Shown: positions 1 through 9,435 of the stretch, one piece after another
How positions within the stretch are numbered: position 1 is the first letter of the stretch
How the letters are laid out: every line of letters begins with the position of its first letter
From: Longimicrobiales bacterium
Lineage (GTDB): Bacteria; Gemmatimonadota; Gemmatimonadetes; Longimicrobiales; Gaopeijiaceae
Direction of reading: 5' to 3'
Length of the DNA: 64,000 bases
Assembly: GCA_965204735.1 (NCBI GenBank)
Contig: OZ242008.1
Span: 288,001-352,000, forward strand
Notes under the pieces: model-generated
Databases searched by the model: none
Told to the model about the DNA's origin: nothing
What the model saw: the letters and a program-made list of their open reading frames with translations, nothing else
Made by a program: the position numbers and the translations under genes

Positions 1-950
1 GACCGCTTGTCGCGCGCGCTGAAGGGTCCCAGCGTCACCTGCGTGATTCCAGGAACCGCGACGATCGTTCGGAGGATCTGGCGAGCCGACGCCGACGGAA
101 TGTCGTCCAGCCGGCGGATCGGCCTGCCCCAGATCGTGGCATGAGCCTTCGGCCCGCAGGAAACGGGCACCTGGACCGGGCCCGAGTGAGACTTGCCTTC
201 CCGCACCGAAGACCGGGCGCCCCGGCCCCCGGGCCGCTTTCCAAAAGGCGTCGGGTCGGCGTTGCGACGCTCCCAAGCTGCCGAGAGCCCTCCGAAGGCG
301 GGGTCCCTCTGGCGTTCGCGACGGCGAAGTATCCTGTACACTGCCCGGTCGATCTCGGTGGAGCCGATCGCGGCGCCGATCCATCGGTCGCTGCGCTCCA
401 GTTCGGTCGTCACGTCGGCAAGGACGGCCCGCGGCACGACGATGTCGTCCTTCCTTTCTCTTCTGCAAATGCGTCCGACCGACGAGATGATCTTCTGGCG
501 CGCGAAGGGCTTCTGGCGTCCGTCCGACCCCAGGACCTGCCAGCCGGCCTCGGCGCTGAGGAGCGAGAGGAGCGACTTGGCCGCCTTGAGAGCGCTGTCC
601 GCCACCGCGTCGGCGTAGAACTGCAACATGCGGTGGCGCAGGAAGTTCGGGTCGGCAAGCACCACGGGTCGCCCGACGCGGCTGGCGTGGACCAAGCCGA
701 GCGCCGTGCCGATCGACTCCCTCCACATGTTGGCGAGGAGCCCCGACGAGCTCTCGATGGCGCGAAGATCGGCTTCGACGAACTCGGCCGAGTTCGCCTC
801 CTGGTCCAGAAGCTCGTCGGTCGGGTCGATGAAGTCGAAGTGCTTGCCGTACTTCTTCTTGACTTCGTCGCGCCACTTGTGCTTCTGGAGGTCGGTGCAG
901 CCGCTGATGGGGCCGCTCAAGTAGACTCGAAACTTGCCGGCGCTGGACAT
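1..950 (-). CDS. Partial gene (runs off the window): nucleoside 2-deoxyribosyltransferase-like domain + ATP-cone + probable DUF2103-like C-terminal domain
   Basis: Not in the ORF track. Manual translation from ATG 950 (GGAGAAG RBS upstream) is open to the window edge: MSSAGKFRVYLSGPISG..WRDEVKK..FDFIDP..DLRAIESSSGLLANMWRESIGTALG..GRPVV (NDT-like); WQVLGSDGRQKPFARQKIISSV..IGSTEIDRAVYRIL (ATP-cone-like); HATIWG..ILRTIVAVPGITQVTLGPF (DUF2103-like). Confidence 0.8.
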   Translation of the reverse strand, partial: MSSAGKFRVYLSGPISGCTDLQKHKWRDEVKKKYGKHFDFIDPTDELLDQEANSAEFVEADLRAIESSSGLLANMWRESIGTALGLVHASRVGRPVVLADPNFLRHRMLQFYADAVADSALKAAKSLLSLLSAEAGWQVLGSDGRQKPFARQKIISSVGRICRRERKDDIVVPRAVLADVTTELERSDRWIGAAIGSTEIDRAVYRILRRRERQRDPAFGGLSAAWERRNADPTPFGKRPGGRGARSSVREGKSHSGPVQVPVSCGPKAHATIWGRPIRRLDDIPSASARQILRTIVAVPGITQVTLGPFSARDKR

Positions 951-1245
951 GACGGCTTCTCCAGTGGCTGGGGGGACGGAGAAAGGCGCTGCCGGCCCCC
1001 GTGGCGGCTCTGGTGGGTGCATGGGGGCTGGCGCGCTGGGCTTTGGTGTCGTAAATGTAGCGAGTCCGCCACCTGCCCGCCGTGCGTGCGCGCGGTTGGA
1101 ATCGAGAGCCGTGGAGGCGCGCCACGACTTCCTCCGTCCCCGGCGCGCTCGCGCGGGCCGGTCCTCTTCCTCCGTCGCGTCGCCGCACCCAGGAGCCGTC
1201 ATGTCTTGCCAAGCCGACACCGGCTGCGCCCCAACGCCCTACTCC

Positions 1246-4200
1246 ATGCCCAGCGTGCTGCCCGCCGGCCGTCGGGTCCCCCAAGCATGTCTCCGGCCCG
1301 CTGGCCGTCGGGTCCATCGAGTCGGCGTCGTTCCTGCCTGCCGTCGGGTCCATCGAGCCCGCATCCTCCCCGCCCTGGTCCTTTCCGCCTTGACCGCGGC
1401 GGCCGGCTGGACGCGCGTGGAGGCGCAGTCGCCGACCGGCCCGTCTCCGATCGCTCAAGCCCTGGAGTGGATGAGCTTTCGGGAAGTCGGTCCGGCGATC
1501 ATGGGCGGGCGCGTGGCAGACGTGGCGCCGCTGGAGTCCAACCCGGCCAAGTTCTACGTCGGCCTGGGCTCCGGCGGGGTGTGGCTCACGGAGAACAACG
1601 GGATGTCGTGGACGCCCCTCTTCGACGACCAGCCGTGCTCGTCCATAGGCGACGTGACCGTCTTCCAGGCGAACCCGAACGTGGTGTGGGCCGGCACCGG
1701 AGAACCACAGAACCGGCAGAGCTCCCAGTACGGATGCGGGGTCTTCAAGTCGACCGACGGCGGGCGAACGTGGACGGACGTGGGCCTGGCGGACACGCGC
1801 CACATCGCCAAGATCGCGCTCCATCCCGGCGACCCGGACATGGCGTACGCCGCCGCGGTGGGACACCTCTTCGGACCCAACGAAGAACGAGGAGTCTTCA
1901 GGACCACCGACGGAGGCGCCAGCTGGCAACGGGTGCTGTACGTGGACGAGGACACGGGCGCCATCGACATGGTCATGGACCCGTCGGACCCGCGCACGCT
2001 CTTCGCGGCGATGTATCAGCGACGGCGGACGGCCTTCGGCTTCAGCGCCGGCGGCGGGGGCAGCGGCCTCTACCGGACGACCGACGGGGGCGACAGCTGG
2101 ACCGAGCTGACCAACGGGCTTCCCAATGGCGACAAGGGACGGATCGGCATCGACGTGCATCGGCGGAACGGCAACTTGGTCTACGCCCTGGTGGAGTCGC
2201 GAGGCGCCGGCCGCGGCTTGTACAAGTCCACGGACCGAGGCGAGAGCTGGGAGAAGGTGTCGGACCGCAACCCCCGGCCCATGTACTTCAGCATGGTGCG
2301 AATCGATCCCAACAACCCCGAGCGCATATACCTCGGCGGGGTGCGCTTCTCCGCCTCCGACGACGGCGGCAGGACGTGGTGGGAGGGCGACGCCGCGGAG
2401 GGCGTGCACGTCGACCATCACGCCCTGTGGATCGACCCCGGCAACTCCGACTACTTGGTTCTGGGCAACGACGGAGGCGTCGCCACGAGCTTCGACGGCG
2501 GGCGCACGTGGCGACATCACAACAACATCGCCATTGGCCAGTTCTACGAGATCGGCGTGGACATGAGCGACCCGTACCGAGTTTGCGGCGGACTCCAGGA
2601 CAACAGCTCCTGGTGCGCGCCCAACGAGACGGTCACGGGCTACGGGCTGCGCAACCGAGACTGGATCGACGTCTGGGGGGGAGACGGATTCTACAACCAG
2701 TTCGATCCCGACAACCCCAACATCTTGTACACCGAGTCCCAGGGCGGAAACTCGGGGCGCGTGGACTTGTCCACCGGCGAGGTGCTGACCATGCGCCCGT
2801 CGTTGCCGCCGGACCCGGACGCAGAAGAGGGCGAGGAGCGAAGATACAGGTACAACTGGAACGCGCCGATCGTGGTCTCGGTCCACAACTCCAGCACGGT
2901 GTACGTGGCCAACAACCACCTCATGCGTTCTCGGGACCGGGGCGCGACGTGGGAGGAGGCGAGTCCCGACCTGACCAAGGGGATCGACCGCGATTCGCTG
3001 GAGATCATGGGGGCGCTGGTGACCGACTCGACCCTTTCGCGCCACGACGGGATCAGCACCTACGGCAACGTCACCACGGTGGACGAGTCGCCCTTATCGC
3101 CCGACGTGATCTACGTGGGAACCGACGACGGCAACGTGCAGGTCACTCGCGACGGCGGGGCCACGTGGACCAACGTGGCGGGGAACGTGCCGGGACTGCC
3201 CGACCGCTCGTATGTGAGCAGGATCGACGCTTCGCACCACGTGGCGGGCCGCGTGTATGCCACGTTCGACCGCCATTGGGACGACGACTACGCGCCCTAC
3301 GTCTTTGCCAGCGAGGACTTCGGGGCGACGTGGCGAAGGATATCGAACGGTCTGCCGGAGTGGTCCGTCAACGTCGTGCGGGAGCATCCTCGCAGCCCCG
3401 ACCTGCTCTTCCTGGGCAACGAGGTCGGCGTGTTCGCATCGGTGGATCGGGGCGAGTCGTGGCACAGGATGGGCGGCCTGCCGACGGTGCCGGTGGACGA
3501 CCTGGTGGTGCACCCTCGGGACAACGACCTGGTCGTGGGCACCCACGGACGCAGCATCTGGATACTGGACGATCTGGCGCCGTTGCAGCAGATCGCCGAG
3601 GGCGGGGCATTCGACCGACAGGCGCACCTCTTTCCAGTGGCGACGGCCACTCAGCGCTTCCGTTTGGGCGGTTGGCCGTTCAAGGGCGACGTGTACGAGG
3701 CCGAGAACCCGCCGGACGGAGCCGTCGTGCGGTACTGGCTGGCGGAGGGCGTGGACTCGGTGAAGCTGGTGGTGACTTCCGCCATGGGAGAGGAAGTGCG
3801 CGAGCTGGAGGCCACGGTGGAAGCGGGCATGAACATGGTCGTATGGGACATGCGGGAGGCGCCGCCGGTGGAGGTGCCGCCGGCAGCGGACGGGGGAGGC
3901 GGCCCCGGCGGTGGCGGACGCTTCGGGGGAGCGACCGAAGGTCCGCTGGTGCTGCCGGGCGCCTACTTGGTGCAGCTGGAGGCAGGGGACCAAGTGGCGC
4001 AGCAGGAGGTCGTCGTCCGCATGGACCCGCGGGTGGCCGTGGACATGACGGCTCTGCGTGCCCGGCAGAGCGCCGCCCGAGACGCCGCGGCGATCAACGC
4101 CACCGTGACGTTGGCGAATCGCGCCCTGCGACGGCTCTCCGACCAGCTGGACGACGCGGAGGCGCTGCTGAAGGGGCTTGCCGGCGACGACGGGGACGCA

Positions 4201-4638
4201 GGCGATTCGGCCGAGAACGGCGCCGAGGTCCAGGTCGCGCCCGCGGCGGCTCGGGAAGCTGCTGGCGAGGCCGGGGACGTTGCCGCCGAGGGGTCCGAGG
4301 CCGCCGTTCCCGCCGCCGCCGGCCCGTTTGCCGACCTGATCGAGGAGGTTGCCATGCTTTCGGCGGCCGTGGACTCGCTGCGGGAGGAGTTGCAGGACGC
4401 CCGACCGGGCCGCGCCGCGGCGGGCATCGAGCGGAACGCCGGCCCTCCCGCTGCCAGCCAGCTCGCGGCCGTCGACTTGGCCTGGGAGCAGGTGCCTGCC
4501 TTGGTCGAACGAGCGAACGAATACGTCACCGAACGAGTGCCCGCGTTCCAGCGTCGGATGGCCGAAGCGGGCGCGACCCCGAAGCCGGGCGAGCCGGTGC
4601 CGCTGCCCCGTCGGGGCGGAAGCCCCACCGAGTCATGA
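1246..4638 (+). CDS. Secreted BNR/Asp-box (VPS10/sortilin-like) beta-propeller glycosyl hydrolase-like protein
   Basis: Many SxDGGxTW Asp-boxes, GPAIMGGRVADV N-terminus, GGLQDN and GTHGRSIW motifs, signal-like LPALVLSALTAAAG..VEAQ. Start uncertain (934-1470). Confidence 0.9.
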   Translation: MPSVLPAGRRVPQACLRPAGRRVHRVGVVPACRRVHRARILPALVLSALTAAAGWTRVEAQSPTGPSPIAQALEWMSFREVGPAIMGGRVADVAPLESNPAKFYVGLGSGGVWLTENNGMSWTPLFDDQPCSSIGDVTVFQANPNVVWAGTGEPQNRQSSQYGCGVFKSTDGGRTWTDVGLADTRHIAKIALHPGDPDMAYAAAVGHLFGPNEERGVFRTTDGGASWQRVLYVDEDTGAIDMVMDPSDPRTLFAAMYQRRRTAFGFSAGGGGSGLYRTTDGGDSWTELTNGLPNGDKGRIGIDVHRRNGNLVYALVESRGAGRGLYKSTDRGESWEKVSDRNPRPMYFSMVRIDPNNPERIYLGGVRFSASDDGGRTWWEGDAAEGVHVDHHALWIDPGNSDYLVLGNDGGVATSFDGGRTWRHHNNIAIGQFYEIGVDMSDPYRVCGGLQDNSSWCAPNETVTGYGLRNRDWIDVWGGDGFYNQFDPDNPNILYTESQGGNSGRVDLSTGEVLTMRPSLPPDPDAEEGEERRYRYNWNAPIVVSVHNSSTVYVANNHLMRSRDRGATWEEASPDLTKGIDRDSLEIMGALVTDSTLSRHDGISTYGNVTTVDESPLSPDVIYVGTDDGNVQVTRDGGATWTNVAGNVPGLPDRSYVSRIDASHHVAGRVYATFDRHWDDDYAPYVFASEDFGATWRRISNGLPEWSVNVVREHPRSPDLLFLGNEVGVFASVDRGESWHRMGGLPTVPVDDLVVHPRDNDLVVGTHGRSIWILDDLAPLQQIAEGGAFDRQAHLFPVATATQRFRLGGWPFKGDVYEAENPPDGAVVRYWLAEGVDSVKLVVTSAMGEEVRELEATVEAGMNMVVWDMREAPPVEVPPAADGGGGPGGGGRFGGATEGPLVLPGAYLVQLEAGDQVAQQEVVVRMDPRVAVDMTALRARQSAARDAAAINATVTLANRALRRLSDQLDDAEALLKGLAGDDGDAGDSAENGAEVQVAPAAAREAAGEAGDVAAEGSEAAVPAAAGPFADLIEEVAMLSAAVDSLREELQDARPGRAAAGIERNAGPPAASQLAAVDLAWEQVPALVERANEYVTERVPAFQRRMAEAGATPKPGEPVPLPRRGGSPTES
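1261..1351 (+). repeat. Three imperfect in-frame repeats, 36-bp period (CCGTCGGGTCC core)
   Basis: Copies at 1261, 1297 and 1333 encode PAGRRV/PACRRV. Confidence 0.8.
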
Positions 4639-5130
4639 GCCAGCCAGGACGAACCGCGCGCCCTCGCGTTCCAGCATGTCGAAGGGTCGTAGCCACTTGA
4701 CGTCGAGAGCTGCGCAGGCGTCGGGAATCTTTATGCGTGTCTTGGAGTTGGGGGCGGGCTTTTCGAGCGTAACGACTGCATGTCCGTGAGCCCTGGCGTG
4801 CGCTACCAGGAACGAGTCCGCAATCTGCAGGAAGTCGTTCAGAGCCTCGGGGCGGTACTGTTTCTTGCGCCGGGCCCACTCGCGAACCTCCGAGTGAGCA
4901 CTGTTGACGATCCGGTCTGGGCGAAGAAACATTCCCTTTCTAAACCCGTTGGCCCATTTCGCAAGTTCATCTTCAAGCTCCATCAATTCTTCAAGGACGG
5001 CGACAACGCTGTACACCATGCCCTGGTTGTTGGCGAACTCCAGCCACCTCCAAAACCCCGGGCAGATCTGTGGTCGATAGTAGTGGTCCTTGGCAGCAAC
5101 AAAGACATTTGTGTCCAGCAGGTAGGCCAT
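4633..5130 (-). CDS. DUF4411 family PIN-like protein
   Basis: MAYLLDTNVFVAAKDHYY..CPGFWRWL..ADSFLVAHA..VVTLE..IKIPDAC. ATG overlaps the upstream TGA (TGATG). Confidence 0.85.
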   Translation of the reverse strand: MAYLLDTNVFVAAKDHYYRPQICPGFWRWLEFANNQGMVYSVVAVLEELMELEDELAKWANGFRKGMFLRPDRIVNSAHSEVREWARRKKQYRPEALNDFLQIADSFLVAHARAHGHAVVTLEKPAPNSKTRIKIPDACAALDVKWLRPFDMLEREGARFVLAGS

Positions 5131-6308
5131 CAGCGCAATCCATGGTATGTCTTGATTTTGTCGAATGTGGCCTGCTTCTTGATGGCCAGTAGCCGGTACG
5201 CCTCCATAGGCAAGGTCCGTCCCGACAGCGTGTCTGCGATCAGGTCGTACGAGAACCGTTCTCCCGTTCGAGCCATCTGCGTCCGAAGGAAGTTCCCTCC
5301 CGAACTCGGGCGGGGGGTCGCAATGCGCCTTCGTTCTCTGTCGTAAGCGTCTCTGAACTTGCGATGCGACAAACTGCCGACGTCGCGGAGCCGACGGAGG
5401 ACGACCAACGTGCTGACCTTGAAGTACGCCGTCATGCGCCGCACGGTTGTCTTCAGCTCCTCGCCTTCGCGGCAGTGTTCGAGCAATGCGTCCGCGGGAA
5501 CCAGCAGTTCCGCCGCTACTTGGTTGCACCATCTCTCGGTTTGGTGGCCCGCGGTGGACCTGAGCGTGGTGTTCGACAGGCCCGTGTTTCCTAGCCAGAT
5601 GTGGGCCAACTCGTGGGCGAGCGTGAACATCTGGGCTGCCTTGGCGTCGGCGCCGTTGACGAAGACTAGGGGCGCAAGGTCGTCAGAGAGGGCGAGCCCC
5701 CGGAACTCGTCGGGATCCAGCCCGCGAGAGGTGTTGTTCGCCACGACGCCGCTGATCATGACGAGCACGCCCTTGGCGTCGGCTCGGTCCGCGAAGCGGC
5801 GGACGGCCAGCGTCCAGTTGGCCACGTCGCTGCGATCGTCCACTCGGAACTCGAGCATGGACGACATCCTCTGGGCCACCTCGGCGGGGTCGTCGTCCAG
5901 GCTGGCCGAGCCCACAAAATCAACGGGATCGTGTTCTTCCTCCAGGGCGTACCTGTGGTACCAATCCTGTCGGCGCTGGCACAGGTAGACGGTATCCAGC
6001 AGGTGCGGGCTCGGCTTCCGACGCTGCTTGCCGCCAACGGTGCGGAAGTCGACGATGTCCAGTTCGTCCTTCAGGGGTCCGCCCGAGAAGAGCGCTCCGA
6101 ACGGCGTGTAGGTCGCCTTGGCGAAGCGCTCGAGCTGCCGATACGTGGGCTTGACCGTGCCGGCTTCCCACTTGCGGTACTTGGGGAAGCGCCGCTCGAG
6201 GGTCTCCACGTCCTTCCCCGAGCGCTCCTGCGCCCATCGAAGCGTCGCCGGATCCACGTGAACCCGATAGGGCCCTCGTTGCGGCGATGGGTTGGCGGGA
6301 GTGGGCAT
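5130..6308 (-). CDS. HTH-XRE + ImmA/IrrE (DUF955) zinc metallopeptidase
   Basis: N-terminal LRWAQERSG..WEAGTVKPTYRQLE HTH; FTLAHELAHIWLG HExxH; ERWCNQVAAELLVP. Confidence 0.9.
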   Translation of the reverse strand: MPTPANPSPQRGPYRVHVDPATLRWAQERSGKDVETLERRFPKYRKWEAGTVKPTYRQLERFAKATYTPFGALFSGGPLKDELDIVDFRTVGGKQRRKPSPHLLDTVYLCQRRQDWYHRYALEEEHDPVDFVGSASLDDDPAEVAQRMSSMLEFRVDDRSDVANWTLAVRRFADRADAKGVLVMISGVVANNTSRGLDPDEFRGLALSDDLAPLVFVNGADAKAAQMFTLAHELAHIWLGNTGLSNTTLRSTAGHQTERWCNQVAAELLVPADALLEHCREGEELKTTVRRMTAYFKVSTLVVLRRLRDVGSLSHRKFRDAYDRERRRIATPRPSSGGNFLRTQMARTGERFSYDLIADTLSGRTLPMEAYRLLAIKKQATFDKIKTYHGLR

Positions 6309-6568
6309 CTTGACGGGACTCCGAGCGGTCGGCTGGCTCGCGGGCGCCCTCAAAGTAACCGGCTGGGAAGACTGCGGAAGCGCTTCAGGACGGCCTGCCG
6401 ACCGGTCCCGGCAGTCCCGGTCCTCGTGGAGCGGCCGAATCCGGCCCGCTCGGACGAATCCCCCTGGCACTCCGCAGGGTTCGACCTCAGATTCCGGTCG
6501 GCGTCCTCCGTCCCGGGATCGCTTCCCCCCAGCCCGTTGCCCACGCGCCCGACGATCAAGGAGAGACC

Positions 6569-7114
6569 ATGAAGCGCATTTCGCTGACGCTGGTCGGGGC
6601 CGCCGTTCTGGCGGTCTCCGGCTGCGCGCCGTCCAGAGACGAGGCGACCGACGCCTCCACCCCGACGAGGGCCCGCCACAGCCCAACCGACGCCGACCGC
6701 GAGGCCGTCCTCGCGACCGTCCAATCGATCTTCGACGCGCTGGCGGCGGGCGACGGCGAGACGCTGCGACGGGTCATGCACCCGCAAGTCCTGATGCACT
6801 CGGTGGAGCGGTCGGCCGACGGGGCGCGAACGATCTCCACGTCCACCCTGGAAGAGCTGGTCGCTCGGGTGGAGGGCAGCGACGCCGTGCTCACGGAGCG
6901 GATGTTCGACCCGGAGGTGCGGGTCAGCGGCGACTTGGCCATGGTGTGGACGCCCTACGACTTCTATGTGGGCGACCAGCTCAGCCATTGCGGCGCCGAC
7001 GGCCTCCTGCTGGCGCGGAACGCCGAGACGGAGACGTGGCAGATCGTCTCGCTCTCGTGGACCCGCCTTCAGCCGCCGGAGTGCGAGCTGCATCCGGACG
7101 GGCCTCCGGCGTAA
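6569..7114 (+). CDS. NTF2/SnoaL-like lipoprotein
   Basis: Lipobox LAVSGC; EVRVSGDLAMVWTPYDFY..HCGAD..WQI; AGGAG RBS. Confidence 0.8.
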   Translation: MKRISLTLVGAAVLAVSGCAPSRDEATDASTPTRARHSPTDADREAVLATVQSIFDALAAGDGETLRRVMHPQVLMHSVERSADGARTISTSTLEELVARVEGSDAVLTERMFDPEVRVSGDLAMVWTPYDFYVGDQLSHCGADGLLLARNAETETWQIVSLSWTRLQPPECELHPDGPPA

Positions 7115-7171
7115 GGGACCGCGCCGCTCCATGTGGGACCGGGACCGGCGCCGGCCTGCGGGGCGGGTCGC

Positions 7172-8797
7172 TCAGCCGTTCCGCCGCCACTCCTCCGCGT
7201 AGGTTCGTCCGAAGCGGTCGGTGGCTTCCACAGTCACGACCGACTCGCCCCCGTCCAGCGACGCGCGGAAGAGGTGATCGGTGGGCACAGGGTCCACCCA
7301 GGGGCGTCGCGCCGGAAGGTCGGGCCCGCTGTGCAGCTCGACGCTGAGGGGGTCGGGTCCGCGCCGGCGCTCCATCGCGCTCCGGGGCTCGCCGTCGCCG
7401 AACCAGCGCACCGTCCACTCGGGGTCCCAGTCCCACACGTTGGCCAGAAGGTCGCCGGGCGCCGCGGGATCGGCGCCGGGCGCGTAGAGGCGCATCTGGT
7501 GGTCGGCGGGCCGTCCCGTGGTCTTGCAGCGCCACGTCACTTCTTCTCCCCGCACTTGGTACAGGCAATAGCCGTTCGGGGCGCCGTCCCAGCAGATCGG
7601 GCCGCTCCACCACGCGCCGCACACCGCGCCGACGACATGCTCGTGAACGCCTTGGCCGAAGAGGTGTTCGGACTCGTGGAGGTGGCCGACCAGGACATGA
7701 GCCCGGAAGGACTCGAGCAGCCGGTAGAGGGCGTCGCGGTTGGCTATGGCCGAGTTCACGCGCGGCGACTCCTCTCCTCGACGCGCATAGTGGCTTCCCA
7801 AGACGGGTATGTGGGTCGCCACGACTACGGGCGAGCCGGGCTCCATCCGCGCCAAGTCCCGCTCCAGCCACACCAGCGTGGCGTCGTCCAAGTAGCCGAT
7901 GTACCCGCTTCCGTACCAGAAGACGTCGTCCAGCACCACGTAGTGAACGGCGCCTCGGTCGAATGAGTAGTTGCGCGGACCGAAGTGGCGGCAGAAGGTC
8001 TCCGTCGAGCCTTCGTCGGTCGGGCGGTTCCTGTCCAGGTCGTGGTTGCCGACGACCTGGAAGAAGGGGACGCCGAGCCTCCGGACGCCGCTCTCGTAGG
8101 CCGGGTAAAGAGCCAGGTCGTCGTACATGATGTCGCCGCATGCGATGCCGAAGACGTGCTCGTCGCCCATTCCGCGCAACGACTCCTGCAAGTCGGGAAC
8201 GGTCTGCGCAAGGAACCAGTCCATCTCCTGCTGGTCCTGGGTCTGGATGTCGCCCAGCAGCAGAAGAGTGTGGTGGTCGTGGGACGCCGGGTCTCGCTCC
8301 AAGTCGAACGCGACCGTCTGCTCCGATGCCGCGGTCAGCGGCTGGTAGAAGCGAGCGGTCCCCGACGGATTCTGGGGAACCCGACAGCCGGACGGCACCG
8401 AATGCCACACGAACTCCTGCCCGGTGCTGGTGACGATCTCGAAGGCGCCGTCCGCCTCGGTCTCGACGACCTGGAGGCCGTCGGAAACCGCGACTCCGCC
8501 CAGCCCGCGTCCGTCCGCCCGCACGACGCCCCGAACTCGAACGGGCACGGTTGCCGAGTTGCCGGCCAACCGACTTCCGGCGCCCGCCGCCCCTCCGCCG
8601 AACGCCGAACGCGCCCCGCCAGGCAGCGGCGCGTAGGGGTCCGCCAGCAGTCGTTCGGGCGACAAGACGGCCCCGGCAAGCCCGGCTGCCCCCGCCTTCA
8701 GGAACGCCCGCCGCGACGAACGCGCTGCCGAAGGCCTCGAAGGCCCTGGGACAGGAGGCCGTGGCGAGCCCGCCGTGGGAGTCGTGGTCGTGCTCAT
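7172..8797 (-). CDS. Tat-exported calcineurin-like metallophosphoesterase
   Basis: SRRAFLK twin-arginine motif; GDIQ, CGDI, GNHD, THIP, GHLH and GAWW motifs. Confidence 0.9.
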   Translation of the reverse strand: MSTTTTPTAGSPRPPVPGPSRPSAARSSRRAFLKAGAAGLAGAVLSPERLLADPYAPLPGGARSAFGGGAAGAGSRLAGNSATVPVRVRGVVRADGRGLGGVAVSDGLQVVETEADGAFEIVTSTGQEFVWHSVPSGCRVPQNPSGTARFYQPLTAASEQTVAFDLERDPASHDHHTLLLLGDIQTQDQQEMDWFLAQTVPDLQESLRGMGDEHVFGIACGDIMYDDLALYPAYESGVRRLGVPFFQVVGNHDLDRNRPTDEGSTETFCRHFGPRNYSFDRGAVHYVVLDDVFWYGSGYIGYLDDATLVWLERDLARMEPGSPVVVATHIPVLGSHYARRGEESPRVNSAIANRDALYRLLESFRAHVLVGHLHESEHLFGQGVHEHVVGAVCGAWWSGPICWDGAPNGYCLYQVRGEEVTWRCKTTGRPADHQMRLYAPGADPAAPGDLLANVWDWDPEWTVRWFGDGEPRSAMERRRGPDPLSVELHSGPDLPARRPWVDPVPTDHLFRASLDGGESVVTVEATDRFGRTYAEEWRRNG

Positions 8798-8873
8798 GGT
8801 TCACCCTTCCGTTACGCGTTTGTTGCAGTCAAGCGGTCGGTTCGCTATCGGGGGTTGTGTTCGTTCTTGGCGG

Positions 8874-9425
8874 ATGCCCTTGAAGAGGAGCCGATTCGTC
8901 CAAGTGCACACGGCAAGCCCAATCGATGTGGCGCCGACCGATCTTGTCCCGTTCCTGTCGGTCCCGTCCCCTCCGCGACGTTGCGATCCCGTCGTCCTTG
9001 CGGCCGCCCTCGAGCGGGTGCACAAGGCAGGGCTTCGGCACGGGTTCGTGCTGGTCGCGCCGACCTTCGCCGACCGCGACCAGGCGTGGTGGTCCGCGCT
9101 CTGCGAACGGATCAGGAAGGAAGTCCGCGTCGGTGTCGTCGTCGTCGGCAAGCGCGCCAGGGAGTGGCCCACGTCCGAGGAGCAGCGCCGGCCCGGCAAG
9201 CGCTGCGTAGCGACGGCGACCGGGGTTTCTCCCAAGGAGCGCGCCGGCCTCGTGGAAGTGGCCAGAGGCGTGTGCACCGGCGCCCGGACGCTCCTGGCAG
9301 AGGCGACGGCGACGGGAACTCCCGCCTTCCAGCCCGGCCGGATCGACGGCGAGCTTCGCGACGGCGCCTTGCGGGAGCTGATGGCCGGCCGGTACGCCCG
9401 GACGCTGTCGGCCACCGCCGCGTAG
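8874..9425 (+). CDS. Hypothetical protein, weak resemblance to the C-terminal half of GT9 glycosyltransferases
   Basis: ERAGLVEVARGVCTGARTLLAEATATGTPA echoes the GT9 ELAALI..ADLVIG.DSG..HLAAA.GTP pattern. It fills the gap between flanking genes. Confidence 0.45.
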   Translation: MPLKRSRFVQVHTASPIDVAPTDLVPFLSVPSPPRRCDPVVLAAALERVHKAGLRHGFVLVAPTFADRDQAWWSALCERIRKEVRVGVVVVGKRAREWPTSEEQRRPGKRCVATATGVSPKERAGLVEVARGVCTGARTLLAEATATGTPAFQPGRIDGELRDGALRELMAGRYARTLSATAA

Positions 9426-9435
9426 CCGTTCGCCC

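Noticed and set aside
141..4700. 1519-aa ORF and similar long ORFs (6981-8804, 14034-17240, 21828-24965, 41770-44595, 23468-25966)
   Set aside because: Arg/Gly/Pro-rich off-frame or antisense shadows of well-supported genes, as expected in very high-GC DNA. They carry no motifs.
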